NCBI GenBank assembly: GCA_004431415.1
Contig: QPMI01000164.1
Span: 62,133 to 126,132, forward strand
Source of the DNA: Cyanophora paradoxa CCMP329
Taxonomy: Eukaryota; Plantae; Glaucophyta
DNA length: 64,000 nucleotides
Direction of reading: 5' to 3'
In this document: piece after piece, positions 25,374 to 36,871 of the stretch
Layout: each line of letters opens with the position of its first letter
Position numbering within the stretch: the first letter of the stretch is position 1
The notes under the pieces: model-generated
The model's input: the letters and a program-made list of their open reading frames with translations, nothing else
Told to the model about the DNA's origin: nothing
The model's database searches: none
Program-made: the position numbers and the translations under genes

Positions 25374-28316
25374 CTAGCCCCTCGCGGGGCGACTGGCAGC
25401 GGCGGCGGCTGGGGCAGGAGGGGCGGGGCCCGCGCTAGGGCCCAGGGTCGGCGCCGGTGCGGGGGCCGGGGCGGGGAGGGCGCCGGTGGTGGACCAGAGG
25501 GCGTCGTAGTGCGTGGGGCCCATCGTGAGGTGCTTCACGTTCCAGCCCGCCTCCCGCAGCGCCTCCCGGAACCCCGGGTACGCCTGCGAGCGAGGCGCGG
25601 CTCGGCGGGCGGCGGTAGAAAGGGAGGGCGGGGCCCCGGGGCCCGGGGGGCGGCGCCGGCCCGGACCTTGGAGGCGGCGGCGTAGGAGTCGCGGACGGCG
25701 TCCCGGGGCGAGGAGCGCCCGTCCCAGGACTCCCGCAGCACCCCCGCGTGCAGGATCGCCTGCACGGGCGTGAGAAGACCGGAGGCGAGTCGGGAAGAGC
25801 AAACAAGCTCGAGGGCGTGCCTTTAGGGTGTCGTCGGCGGAGGCGCCGGGCTGGAGCACGACGTGCACGCGCCCGCCCCGCACGTTCAGCAGGTACCGCT
25901 CGTGCGCGAACGTCCCGATCAGCTGCCGCGCGGGGGAGGTAAGAGAGGGGCGGAGATGGCGGAGGGCGGAGGGGGGTAGGGGCGCGCCTCGGAGAGCTCG
26001 CGGCTGTCTGCGACGGCGTCGCGCATGCGGGCGCCGAGCTGCAGCTGGGGGCCCCGGAACGAGGCCGGGAGCACGATGCCCTCACGCCGGCACACCTCCG
26101 CCGGCGTCGCCACCCGCGCCGCCCCGCCCTCCCCCTGCCCCAAAACTCAGAGACTCGAGGCGCTCGGAAGGATGCGGGGCGGGGCGGGCGGGGGCGGACG
26201 GCGGAGGCGAGGAAGGAGGCGGCGGCGAGCTGGGCGCGCTCGCGGTTGAGCGTCGTGAAGCACACCGCCTTCATCTCCTCGTAGTGCGCTGCCCCACGCC
26301 CGCCCCGCCGCGTCGGAGGCCAGGCCGGGAAGCCGGGGGACGGGGAAGGAGAGCGGGGCGGACCGAGCATGTCGATGGCGAAGAGGGAGGGGAAGACGAG
26401 CGTGCGGATCGCCGCCGCCGCCGACCCGCCCAGCGCCTGCTCCCGCGCCCCGCCCCGGATCAGCTGCCGCTGGTGCGCCCCGGGGGCGGGGTTCGCTGGG
26501 CTCTGGGGCGTGCCTGGGCGAAGGCGATGCCGATGCCGAGGCCGGCGAGCTCGGAGAGGACGATCTGCGCCTCGCCCTTGGCCGTGAGGTCGCCCACGTT
26601 CTCCCGCAGCGCGAACGCCCGGTAGATCGCCGCCCGCGTCGCCCCCGCCGACACGATCGCCGCCTGCGCCCTCGTCCTTAGACGCGGCGCGGCGCGGGGC
26701 GGGGCGGGGCGGGGTGGCGAAGGAGTGGGAGAAGGGCGGGGAGGAAGGCGGGGCGGGCCTGCTTGCAGATGTTGGCGAGGGAGGCGAGGAGGAGGAAGTA
26801 CGAGGGCGCGAGCGGCGTCGCCATCTCCAGCGCCGTCCCGCAGTGGTAGAGGAACGAGCTCCGCATCCGCCACTTCTTCGTGTCCGCGTCGTACCCCCGC
26901 CCCAGGAACGCGGCGCAGAAGAGCTTCGCCAGCTTGCCCATCCTGCAGCGCGCGCCCCGCCCGCCTCCGTCAGGGCGCGAAGGAGGAAAGCAGGCAAGCG
27001 AGCGGAGCAGGAGGGCAGAGGGGCGGCACCCGTCCTTGAGGACCCACTGGACGGCGACGCCGACGCCGATGGAGGACCAGGAGAGGCCCTTGCGGCCGAC
27101 CTTGCCCGCCGCCGCCCCGCCCATCCCCACAGAGAGCAGCAGCGACTGCGTCGCCAGGCACTCCATCGTCGCTGCCCGGCGGCGCCGCTCTCAGCGGGGG
27201 GGCAGGGCGCGGGGCGGGGGGCGGGGATGGGGCGGGGCGCGGGGGGCGCACCGGAGGCAGTGCGCTGGAACATGCGCCAGAGGATGAAGGTCGTGTACCC
27301 CGCCGCCGTCGAGTCGGGGTACCCCGCCGGCAGCAGCGCGTGCTCGACCGCCTGCGGCCGGGGGTCGGTCCGGCCCGCGGGGAAAAGGAAAGGAAAAGGA
27401 AGAAAGAGGCGAGGAGAGGTCGGGGTCGCCCCCGCACCTTCTCAGCGCGGATCCAGAATGGCATGCGGCGGAGCTTGTCCTGCGCCGAGCCCGCGGACGG
27501 GTCCTCGGGCGGGACGCCGGCCGGCTTGCCGCCGGGCCGCTGGACTAGGACGGTGCGGAGATCGCCGCCGTCGGCGACGTACATCGCGCAGGACCCCGGC
27601 TGCGGCGCCTCGCCGTCCTCGGGCAGCGGCAGGTCCGCCCCAGAGCCCAGGGCCCGCGCCCGCCTCCGGTACGCAACTCCGCCGGCCGCCCCTACGATCC
27701 CAATGCTTGCAAGCAGCACCAGCGGTAGCCTCGGAAGATCGCGCCCGCCCTCGCTGCTGCTCCCGTCCCCACCGCTACCGCCACCTCCGCCGCCGCCGCC
27801 GCCGCCGCCGTCGCCGCGTCCCCTGCTGCTGCCGTCCGCGCCGCCGTCACTCCCCGATGATTCCAGCACTGGAGGCTCCTCCGCAGGGCCACCGAGGCTG
27901 CCCTCGCCCGGGCCAGGAAGCGGCGCCGCCGCGGCTCCCGGGCTCGAGGCTGACGCAACCGGGCGCGCGCTCGCGAGGCCAGGCTCATCTCCGGCCGCGC
28001 GGCGTGATGTGCCGACGTCGCTCGCTGGGCCCGGCTCCGGCAGCACCACGCGCGCGTTGATCATTACGGGTCCGCGCGCGGTCGGGCGCGCGCCGAGGCC
28101 ATCTCCCGCGCGGAATCGCCTCCTGCTCCCTTGGGAGAGCTGAAACTGTATATCGCGCCTCCTGCAGCAGGGGCAGGCGAGCCCGCACCCGCGCGACGCC
28201 GCTTCGACCTGAGATCTCCTGGGCGATCGCTCGCAGATCTGAGAGCTGTCGCTGCGAATGCTGTGCGCCCGGCCCGCGCCGGCCGCGGGCGCCGATACGC
28301 TGAAACCGGTCATCAT
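25374..28316 (-). CDS. RUS (ROOT UVB SENSITIVE) / DUF647 family protein, likely plastid-targeted
   Basis: LLPAGYPDS; TQSLLLSVG; VQWVLKDG.GK; YDADTKKWR; LLLASLAN; GATRAAIYRAFALRENVGDLTAKGEAQ; TLNRERA. N-terminus MMTGFSVSAP. Confidence 0.9.
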
Positions 28317-28480
28317 TTGGTAAACCAATGCGCCGAAAGCTGGGGGGAACGACTCAGACTTGCCCCCCCATCAGTGAGCAGTTGCTAGCGCAACCTCCTT
28401 TAACGGCTCGGATAGCTTGAATAAGACTTCTAAAGGGCATACAGGCGCATCCAGACGCTTATCGCGGCCCAGCGCGCGCG

Positions 28481-30288
28481 ATGAGCGACCTCCACGCGCT
28501 CGTCGATGCCTTCGTGCATGAGTTACTCACCGGTGACCAGTGGTCGTTGTTTTCGGTGTCCCGCCACTGAAAACCGCCCGAGCGCAGCCCCCGAGCTCGC
28601 ACCAGCCGGGACCTCGGAGCCCGCGACGGACGAGCCGCCCGCGGCGGCGGCGGGCTCAAGTCGAGGTTCGAGGCGCGTGACGGAGGACGGGGAGGGCGCG
28701 GAGGAGGACGTTGCGGCTCCGTACATGCGCCTCTTCCTGGTGCCGCCCCGCCCCGGCCGACCCCGCGTGCCCGCGGCTCGGCTGCGCATGCTTGGGCGGC
28801 TGACCGCGGCCGCCAGATGAGACGCGCTGTCTTCCTCCAGATCCTCCAGGTCCGCCGGCGTCCCCCGCCCGCCCCGGCGGGCGCCGCGGGGCTGGATCGG
28901 GCGGGGCGCAGGGCGTGTGGGAGGCGTCCGAGGGCCCCGTGTCGGGGGCGCTGGCGGCGCAGCACGGGGCGATCGTGGACGAGCGGGTGACGGAGCTCGG
29001 CGAGGCCGCCGCCGCCCTCCTCACCGCCATGGGGGCACGCCACGCCCCGGCCCCGCCCCCGCCCGCCAGGCCGCACCCCCGCAGCTGACGTGGCGCGGGC
29101 GCAGCCGAAGTTCGCGGGGCCGCAGGGGGCGTCGCTGCTGTACGGGACGCTGCAGGGGGAGGGCGCCTGGCCCGCCCACGCCGCCGTCGAGCGCGCGCCG
29201 GCCCTCGTGGCCGCCCTCCGGCGGGCCGCCGCCGCCGCCCGCCGGCCGAGCAGCCGCCCTCGGCCTCGCGCGAGGCCCTCCCCGCGCGCCTCATTCGCGG
29301 CATCGCCGACGGCGCCAAGGCCCGCCTCGACGAGCAGGCGGGCCTCGCCTCCAGGCGCCCCACGCTGGCGGCGGCGCGGGCCGGCGGGGCCGGCGAGCGG
29401 GCGGCCATCCGGGCCGACATGCGCCGCATCGCCCGCAGCGCCGACCTCTGCGTGCTTCCCGCGAGCTTCAGCCGCGCGGCCGCCGTGCCCCCAGCGCGAC
29501 GGGCTCCTCGGCCCCGCCCTCACCAGGATCGAGCGCGGGGGCGGGGGCGGGGCGGAGGAGGGGCCTCCGCCCTCGGCGCGGCGCTGGCTGGAGCGGAGCC
29601 CGCAGGGGGCGGCGGGGGCCCGCGAGGTGATGGGAAAGCCTGCGCCCGAGCCCGTGAGCCGCCACCTCGAGTTCAGCGCCCGGCCGGCCCCGACGGCGTC
29701 GCCCTCTCGTGCGGCGGCCCTCCCCAAGCGAGCGAGCGCGCCGGGGCGGGCCGGGCCGAGCGGGCGTCGCGCAGGTACTCGAACCGGGCGATGTTGGATC
29801 GGATGCGGGAGTGGCGCGAGGGCGCCCGCGAGGAGGGCCAGCGCACCGCCGCCCGCGCCGCCGCCATCGACGAGGCCGGCCCCGCGGGGCCCAGCGGGCC
29901 CGCGCCTTCGGCCCCCGGGCCGGGGCCGGGGTCGCGGCTGAGCGGGCTCTCGTCGCGGCTGGCGGCCAAGGGCTGGTCCCCCTGGAAGCGCGAGGGGGAG
30001 AAGTGCATTCTGGGGTACGGCCCCGTCGACGCCTACAAGTACATCATCAAGCAGGAGACGACCGGTGCGTGTGCCGCCCCCGGACCCGCCTCCCGCCTCG
30101 CCGACGCGGCGGGGGCAGCGTGGGCGAGGCGCAAGCAGCTGGCGGACATCGCGGCGGGGCTCAAGAAGGACGGTGCCGCCGGCGCGCCGCTCCCCGCCGC
30201 CGCGACCGCCCCGCCCCCCGACCCCTTCGCCTGCGGGCGCCTGCTCCGGCACGGGCGCATCGTCTCGCGGCCCCCAGACCTGCTTTGA
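28481..30288 (+). CDS. Hypothetical multi-exon protein
   Basis: ATG at 28481 (MSDLHALVDAFVHELL), exons joined by GT/GC-AG introns, last exon ...FACGRLLRHGRIVSRPPDLL*. No family recognised. Confidence 0.6.
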
Positions 30289-30417
30289 GGCCCGGCCGCC
30301 TCGGCCCGGCCCCCGCCGCGCCCCCCTCACCTCGCCTCTACCACAAACTGAATTGCGAAACGGAACTGGCGGAACGGAACTGGCGGAGCGGGGCGGGGCG
30401 GGGCGGGGCGGCGGGGG

Positions 30418-31939
30418 CTATGCGGGGGCGGCGCCGCCGCCGGCGGGGCGGCCGAATATGGACTCAAGGGTCATGAAGACGATCCGCATGCTCTGCGACA
30501 CGATCGCGCTCTCCACCTGCTCGCCCCCGCGTCGGGCCCCGCGTCGGGCCCCGGCGGGGCCGCGCTCTAGATCTGGCCGGGCGGGCGAACGTTCTTCTGG
30601 GCCTGGGCCTCGGCCGAGGAGCCCGAGGGCGCGTCGGCGGCGGGCCCGGCGGCCGCCCCGAAGATGCCGCCCGACGAGGCGAAGCGCTGCTCCAGCTGCA
30701 GCCGCTTCAGGTCGTACCCCTGCGCCCCCGTGCGCCAGTCAGGCCGGCGCGGGCGGGGCCGGGGCCGGGCGCGGGGGCGGGGGCCGGGGCGGGGCCTGCC
30801 TTCTGGAATGCGGCGATGACCATGTCGACGAAGTGGGAGAGCTTCAGCTCGTCCGACGGCGGCACCGCCTCCGATGGCCTGCGACGCGTCGGGCCCGGGC
30901 GAAGCGGGCGCGGCGGGCGGCCTGGAGGGAGGGTGAGAGCGGACCTGGAGACGCCGACCTTGGCGGCGGTTAGGAAGATGAGGGAGAGCCACACCGTCCG
31001 CATGTCCTGCTCGTCCTGCGCCAGGCTGCACGGCCCGGCCGCACGCCCGCAGTCAGCACAGGCGCCCGTGCCAGGCGGCCCCGCGCGCCCAGCGCGACCG
31101 TCGCCAACCTGTAGTTCAGCCTGCGGCGCGCGCGTGTTAGAGCGGGTGGGCGGGTCGGCGGGGGCTCGGGGGCGACATGCACCCGCTGGCGTCGTCCTGC
31201 GCGAGGCTGAGCTCGAGGTCGAGGGCGCGCAGGTTGTAGCCCCGCTTGTACGCCTCCACGCCCTGCGCCCCGCCGGGCCCCGCCTCCCGTCAGATCCGCG
31301 GCGGAGCACGCCCCTCGGCGCCCCCAGACCTTCGCGATGAACTCTTGAAGCGCGTCCACGTAGGGGCGTTGGCCTGCACGGGCCCGGGGGTGAGCTCTGC
31401 GGCCGGCGGCGAGGATGGCCCTGCGCTCGCACCTGGCAAGCACGCCTCGAGGAAGCTACGTCGGAGAGCTTTGCTAATGGGCTCCTCCTGCTCGCCCTCG
31501 CTGCTCGACCCGCCCTCCGCGCGCGTCACGAATCGCTGGATCGCCTGGGTTGAAGGTTAGTGCGCAGATCGCAGGCCAGCCTGGCAGGGCCGCGGTGGCA
31601 GCGGCTAGAAGACTGGACGATCTGAGAGACTAAGGCGCCCACGATCGGCTCTCGTCTTCGAATTCGATTCGAAGCATCCGATGCTACTCTGGAAGCTTCA
31701 CACGGCTCGACGGGGAGCTCGGCGCGCTCCCGCACCGGAGCGCTCGCAGTGTAGGCGCGTGAGCGGCGGCCGGCCTCGAAGATCGGGGTGAACGACGAAG
31801 CCAGGAATCGCGGCTTCGCGGCGTGGGCCTGCCGCACGCTGCTACTGGCACCAGACACCTCGCATGTCGCGGGGCAGCGCGTCGCAGGCGCCGCCTCGGC
31901 CGCCCGCGGCAACGCGGCCTGGATTGCTACGAACATCAT
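30418..31939 (-). CDS. Hypothetical protein, likely plastid-targeted, with an internal two-fold repeat
   Basis: MMFVAIQ... Ser/Ala/Arg-rich presequence. The repeated halves are VEAYKRGYNLRALDLEL...MRTVWLSL and IAAFQKGYDLKRLQLEQ...MRIVFMTL. Stop TAG at 30418-30420. Confidence 0.65.
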
Positions 31940-32123
31940 CTTCTGTTGCAAACAAGCCCCTCCCTTCGTTCGCAAAGGTGGCGGTTGGTGGGAGGCGGCC
32001 AAGTGCGAGGCGGCCGGGTCGCTGTTCGACTTCTTCAGATGCGTCGTATTGCAGCCAGCCGCGTGTAGCAGCCGCCGAGCCGCCTTGATGCACTACCGCG
32101 CGTTCAAGGGCCACGCGCGCACG

Positions 32124-34223
32124 ATGGCCAGCACCCCCGCCCCAAATGTCATCGAGGCGGCGTCGAGGCCGCGCGGGCCCTCGCTCGGCGAGCGCCCCGA
32201 GGGCTCCGCCGTCGGCGCTGCCGACCACCCGCCGCCCGGCGAAGCGCGCGTCCTCGGTGCGCCTGCGGCCAGCCCGCCGAGCGGCCATCCAGCCGGCGCG
32301 GCCGCACGGCGTTGCTGAAGGCGCGCGGGGCGTTGCGGGGGCGCAGGGCTCGACATCTCGGGGCTCTCGCAGGCGGCGCAGTTCGCCGTGCTCGCCGGCC
32401 CCGTCCTCCTCGTCTACCAGCTCATCGCCTACCTCCAGGAGGCGCGCCCCCGCCGCCCCGCCGCCCCGCCGCCCCGCTCCCGCCGCCCGCCGCGGGCTGA
32501 GCTCGAGGGGGGCGGGTGGCAGCACCTCTTCAGCATCCCGGGGTTCAGCTTCGGGTTCTACATCAACCTGTACTCCTTCGCCGTCGGGCTCGTCCTCTCC
32601 ACCCTCGAGCGCCGCCTCTCCAAGGGCGGCGAGCTCGCCTCCTGGCGCGCCCCCTACTACTGGTCCGCTCGCACCAACCGCCGACGCTCCGCCCCGCCCC
32701 GCCCCGCCCCGCCCCACCGACGCGGGGCGGGCACTGCGGGCGGGCAGGTACGTCTACGCGGGGTTCTTCAGCGTGGTGGGCCAGGGGATGACGCTGGAGT
32801 CCCTCAACTACGTCAACCTGCCCCTTCAGATCGTCTTCAAGAGCGCCAAGGCACGCTAGCTAGCCCCGCTAGCCAGCCCGTCCCTGGAGACCCCCTGGCG
32901 AGGCGGGGACGGGCGGCGGCGGGGGGCGCGCAGGTGATCCCCGTGATGCTGGCCGGCCTGCTCGTCCTCGGGCGCCGCTACTCCGCCGGCGACTACGCCT
33001 CCGCCGCCTGCTTCGTCGTCGTCCGCCGTCCCGCGCCGGCCCTCTCGCCCTCCCCCCGCCGCCGGCCCACGCGCGGGGCGCAGGGCCTGTCGATGTTCAC
33101 GCTGGCGGACGTGAGCGTCTCGCCCAAGTTCCACGTCGGCGGCATCGCCTGCCTCCTCGTCGGCGCGCCCCGCCCCCCTCCACCTCCGCTCCGCCCTCCG
33201 ACGCGCGCCCCCCTCAGCGCTGGCGTCGGACGCGTTCGTGGGGAACGTGCAGGAGCGGCTCATGCGGGGCTTCGGCGTCCCCTTCGCCGAGCTCGTTCAG
33301 CACTCCTACCTCGTCGGCGGCGGTATGAAGGCCCCTTCGAATTCGCAGTCCTCCCACGCTTCTGATCGCGGCTTGCCGGCGCCCCGCAGCCATGTGCCTC
33401 GCCTACCAGATCGCCACCGGCGAGCTCCGCGCCGGTGCAGCCCCCCGCCCCCCGCCCCGCGCGCGGCCTCCTCTCTCCCTCTCTGCCCCCTGAAGCACGC
33501 GCGCGGGGGCAGCGGTGAAGCTGAGCGGGGAGCACCCGTCGGTGTTCGGGCTCTGCGTCCTCTACGCGCTGACCGCCTACGCGGGCCTCTACTTCGTCCT
33601 CGCCCTCGTCCGCCGCTTCGGCGCCGTCACCGCCGTGCCCGCGCCGCCCGCCGCGGGCCCCGCCCCCGGCCCGGCCCGCCCGCGCCTGACTCCGCGGGGC
33701 GCAGGTGGTCGTCACCTCGGGGCGGTGCGGGCCCTCCGGCCCCGCCCTCTGGATTCGCCGGCGCCCCCCCCGCCTGAGCCTCGCCCGGCTCGACTCGCGC
33801 AGGAAGCTCATCTCCATCTTCCTCTCGTTCGCGCTCTTCCCGAAGCCCTTCTCCTGGCTCCACGCCGCCGGCGCCCTCGTCCTCACCGCCGGCTCCCTCC
33901 TCTCCGCCTACTTCAAGCACCCCGCAGAGGTGCCCCCCGGCCCCCTCACGCCTCGACCCCCTAGCGCCCTGACCCCCGCTCCCCGCCCCCAGGTCAAGGC
34001 CGCCCTCGCCGCCTGCCTCCCGGCCCCGCTCCGCCGCCGACTCCTCCCCGCCCCGTCCGCCGAGGCCTTCGGCTCCTCGAGCCCCACCCCGGACCTCGAG
34101 ATGGGCGGCCGGCCGCCCCGCCCGCCCTCGCCCGCCGATGCCAGCTGCAGCCTCAGCGGCCTCAGCCCAGCCCCGCCCTCGCCCCAGCCCCGCCCTGCCG
34201 CCCCCGGCCCCCTAGGCTTTTAG
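32124..34223 (+). CDS. UAA-family nucleotide-sugar/PAPS transporter (SLC35B3/PAPST2-like)
   Basis: YLQE.LFS; SLNYVNLPLQIVFKSAKVIPVM; LGRRYS..DY; FTLADVSVSPKF; DAFVGNVQE; LVRRFGA; RKLISIFLSF.LFPKPF. Confidence 0.9.
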
Positions 34224-34363
34224 GCTACTAGTATAGCCTGTAGGCTGTAGCTATAGCACATCATGGCACACAAAGTGACACAAGAAGCAGGCGCCGCGCC
34301 GCAAGCTTTAATTTAAGCTTTCAAGTTTATTCAAGCGTGTACGCGTGTGTACGCGAAGTCCGC

Positions 34364-34536
34364 GCTTTAGCGCAGTGGTACAAGGTCGTGCTACGACCTC
34401 CCGGATTTCCGGGTTCGGTTCCTACTGTTTCCGCTTCGTTGTACTTCGAATCCCCGTGATTCCTGATACCGTGACTTGTATCCTCGTTGTGTACTACGAG
34501 TGGGTACGCCCGCCGTAGATCTTAAAAAAAAAAAAA
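34364..34536 (+). mobile_element. Candidate tRNA-derived SINE / Pol III retrocopy
   Basis: A box TAGCGCAGTGG (34368), B box GGTTCGGTTCC (34412) at tRNA-like spacing, A13 tail (34524-34536), flanked by GAAGTCCGC / GAAGTTCGC. Confidence 0.5.
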
Positions 34537-34966
34537 GAAGTTCGCATGATAACTTTGATAAGTTCGGGAATTTCTGGCGGCTTGACCACAAGCCGCGGGC
34601 TTGTACGTGTAGGCTAGGGTGGCTAGCCTTATCGCTTCGCCGAGTCGGGCTCGTGACGAGGGAGCAGAACCGGGCCAAACCGGCACAGCAAAGGAGTATG
34701 CCAGCTGGCGCCGCGACTCCCGCGAGGCCTGCGTGCGCGTGAATTCGCATCAAGCAGCGATAGGTGTCTTCGCAGCCTCCGGTTCTCCGCTCCTAGTCGC
34801 CTAGACAGCTAGCTCCAGCTGGGGAGCTCCACTTCACACCAGCTAGCAATCGCGTCCGCCGGAAAAGCGGTTTTCGACGAAACGCGCGCGCAAGAAAGCC
34901 GATGCTGATCATCTTGTAGTGCAGTTCAGAGAAAGCCTGCGGTAGCGTCACCAGCTCGGGCCAGCG

Positions 34967-36421
34967 ATGCTGGGGGACGAGCTGGCCGATTCCGAGCCGC
35001 TTCGGGCGCAAAGCAGCTCCCCGGCGTTAGAACATACGCGGCAGCCCAGGCATCGCAGGCGAATCGTTTCTTTCAACGAGAGCGTAGTCGTCCATCACGC
35101 GGAGCCGGGAGCGCTCGAAAGAGTCCCGCTGTGCGACACGACGAAGCCCCGGCTGACCATGCGGAGGCCCGCGGGGGGCGCGAGTGCGATTCAGCTATCG
35201 CTGAACTGCCCGGGATCCGCCGGCCTCGGGATCCAGAGCCCGGCCCAGCTCCTGATTGCGCGGGCGGCTATGTCGTCCACGGTCACACTTTCCGTGCGGC
35301 TGTCACTCGCGCTTCCGCATCGCCATTCAGCGAGTGATGGTCGTGCGCAGGTCGATGGAAACGATGGCGGCTTGACCCCGCTGACGGACTTGCCCGGGAT
35401 CGAGTTCCTGTCACTGCCGACGGCCCCCGAGACCGCGCGGGGCCGTGTGTCGCTGCGCTGCCGCACGATCTCTCCGCCCCCGCCCTTCGATGCCTCCCTC
35501 GATCTGCCCTCTCCGACTGAGGAGCCGCCGCCGCCGCTTCTCGTCCCTTCCCTGACCATGCCGCTGAATTCCCTGCACATGCCCGCCCCCACCTTCACCC
35601 TCCCGTGCCGCCCCATCTCCCCGCCCGCCATCACTCCGGCCCGGGATCCGCCTGGCGCCGACTTCGCGGAGGCGGCCGCGACCTGCGGGGCCCCGGCGCT
35701 GCACGGGGAGGGGGAGCTGCGGGCGGCGGGGACGCGGTCGGTGCGGCGCGGCTTCCGCCTGCCGCCGCCGGAGGAGCTGGAGGCGCGGTCCATCCGCCCG
35801 CCGCCCTCGCCGCCCCCTGCCCGCCCGCCGCCGCGCCCTCCACGGCCCGCCGCCCGCCCCGCCCGCCCGCCCCCCTCGCCCCCTCCGACCCGACTCGGCC
35901 GCCGCGCACCGCCGCCACTCCTCGCCCCCGTCGCCCCGCCCCGCCCTCCCTCCCGTGCCGGACCCGCCGGCGGCCGGGGCGCCCTCCTGCGCGGAGGGGC
36001 GGCGGGGCAGCATCCGGGAGCGCTGCTCGAGCGACAAGCCGCTGCGCCCGAGCGGCCTGCGGCACCCCTCTCCTGCAGCGCCCTCCCCGACGCGGCTGCC
36101 GCCTGCCGCTCCCCGCCCTCCCCGCCCCCGCAGTGCTCGACGCCGACGGGGCGGAGGCGGGGCGGGTGCGGGGAGGGCGGGGCCCGCCTGGCGGGGCGGC
36201 TGCGGCCGAGCGCGCTGCGGAGCAGCTCGCTCTCGCCGGCATCCTCGCCCTCCTCCTCGGGGGACGAGCGGGGCCTCCACATCGCCACCCCCCCCTTCCG
36301 CTCCGCCGCCCTCTGGGGGCCCGACGCCCCCTGCGCCCCCGCCGGCCCCCGCCGCCCCGCGTCCCCTCCCGCCGCCCGCGAGGCCCCCGCCGGGGCCCCC
36401 GACGAGGCGCCCGGCATTTGA
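34967..36421 (+). CDS. Pro/Ser-rich hypothetical protein with an RVxF-like motif
   Basis: Long ORF with a probable internal intron; RRRIVSFNESVVVH near the N-terminus; otherwise low complexity. Confidence 0.55.
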   Translation: MLGDELADSEPLRAQSSSPALEHTRQPRHRRRIVSFNESVVVHHAEPGALERVPLCDTTKPRLTMRRPAGGASAIQLSLNCPGSAGLGIQSPAQLLIARAAMSSTVTLSVRLSLALPHRHSASDGRAQVDGNDGGLTPLTDLPGIEFLSLPTAPETARGRVSLRCRTISPPPPFDASLDLPSPTEEPPPPLLVPSLTMPLNSLHMPAPTFTLPCRPISPPAITPARDPPGADFAEAAATCGAPALHGEGELRAAGTRSVRRGFRLPPPEELEARSIRPPPSPPPARPPPRPPRPAARPARPPPSPPPTRLGRRAPPPLLAPVAPPRPPSRAGPAGGRGALLRGGAAGQHPGALLERQAAAPERPAAPLSCSALPDAAAACRSPPSPPPQCSTPTGRRRGGCGEGGARLAGRLRPSALRSSSLSPASSPSSSGDERGLHIATPPFRSAALWGPDAPCAPAGPRRPASPPAAREAPAGAPDEAPGI

Positions 36422-36871
36422 TCGGACCCTTGCCCAGCGCTAGCGTACAGTTCCAGCGTACACAGATGCCTGCACAGTATTTCGCCCGCCGTGTTGTTTG
36501 GAAGCGAGTTGAGAGACGAGCCTGCCCGGCGTATATCGCCCAGGGCGCTCCGAGGCCCTGCAGCTGCGATGTTCTGCGAGACGAGAGTAGCTTACTACTA
36601 GGCTATAGCTAGTCTTATACTGCGCTTCGTTCGTATTGAAAAGTGCCGCCCATAGTACTGGGCTCCTTGTGTAGTATATATACAAGTATTGATCCGCGCG
36701 CGCCTCGGTATCCGTAAGACAGTTCCTTGAAGTTGTGTAACAGTCAACTACGTATACGAGAACCACAACCAACTACTACTGACTGCACGCGGCATGGCGC
36801 CGCGGGGCCGGGGGTGAAGGTGAAAGGGGAGGCTGGGTTGGGAAAAAGAAAGGCGACGGGTCAAAGACGGG

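Noticed and set aside
34361-34435. Functional tRNA gene
   Set aside because: The D, T and acceptor stems do not pair; only the A/B boxes remain.
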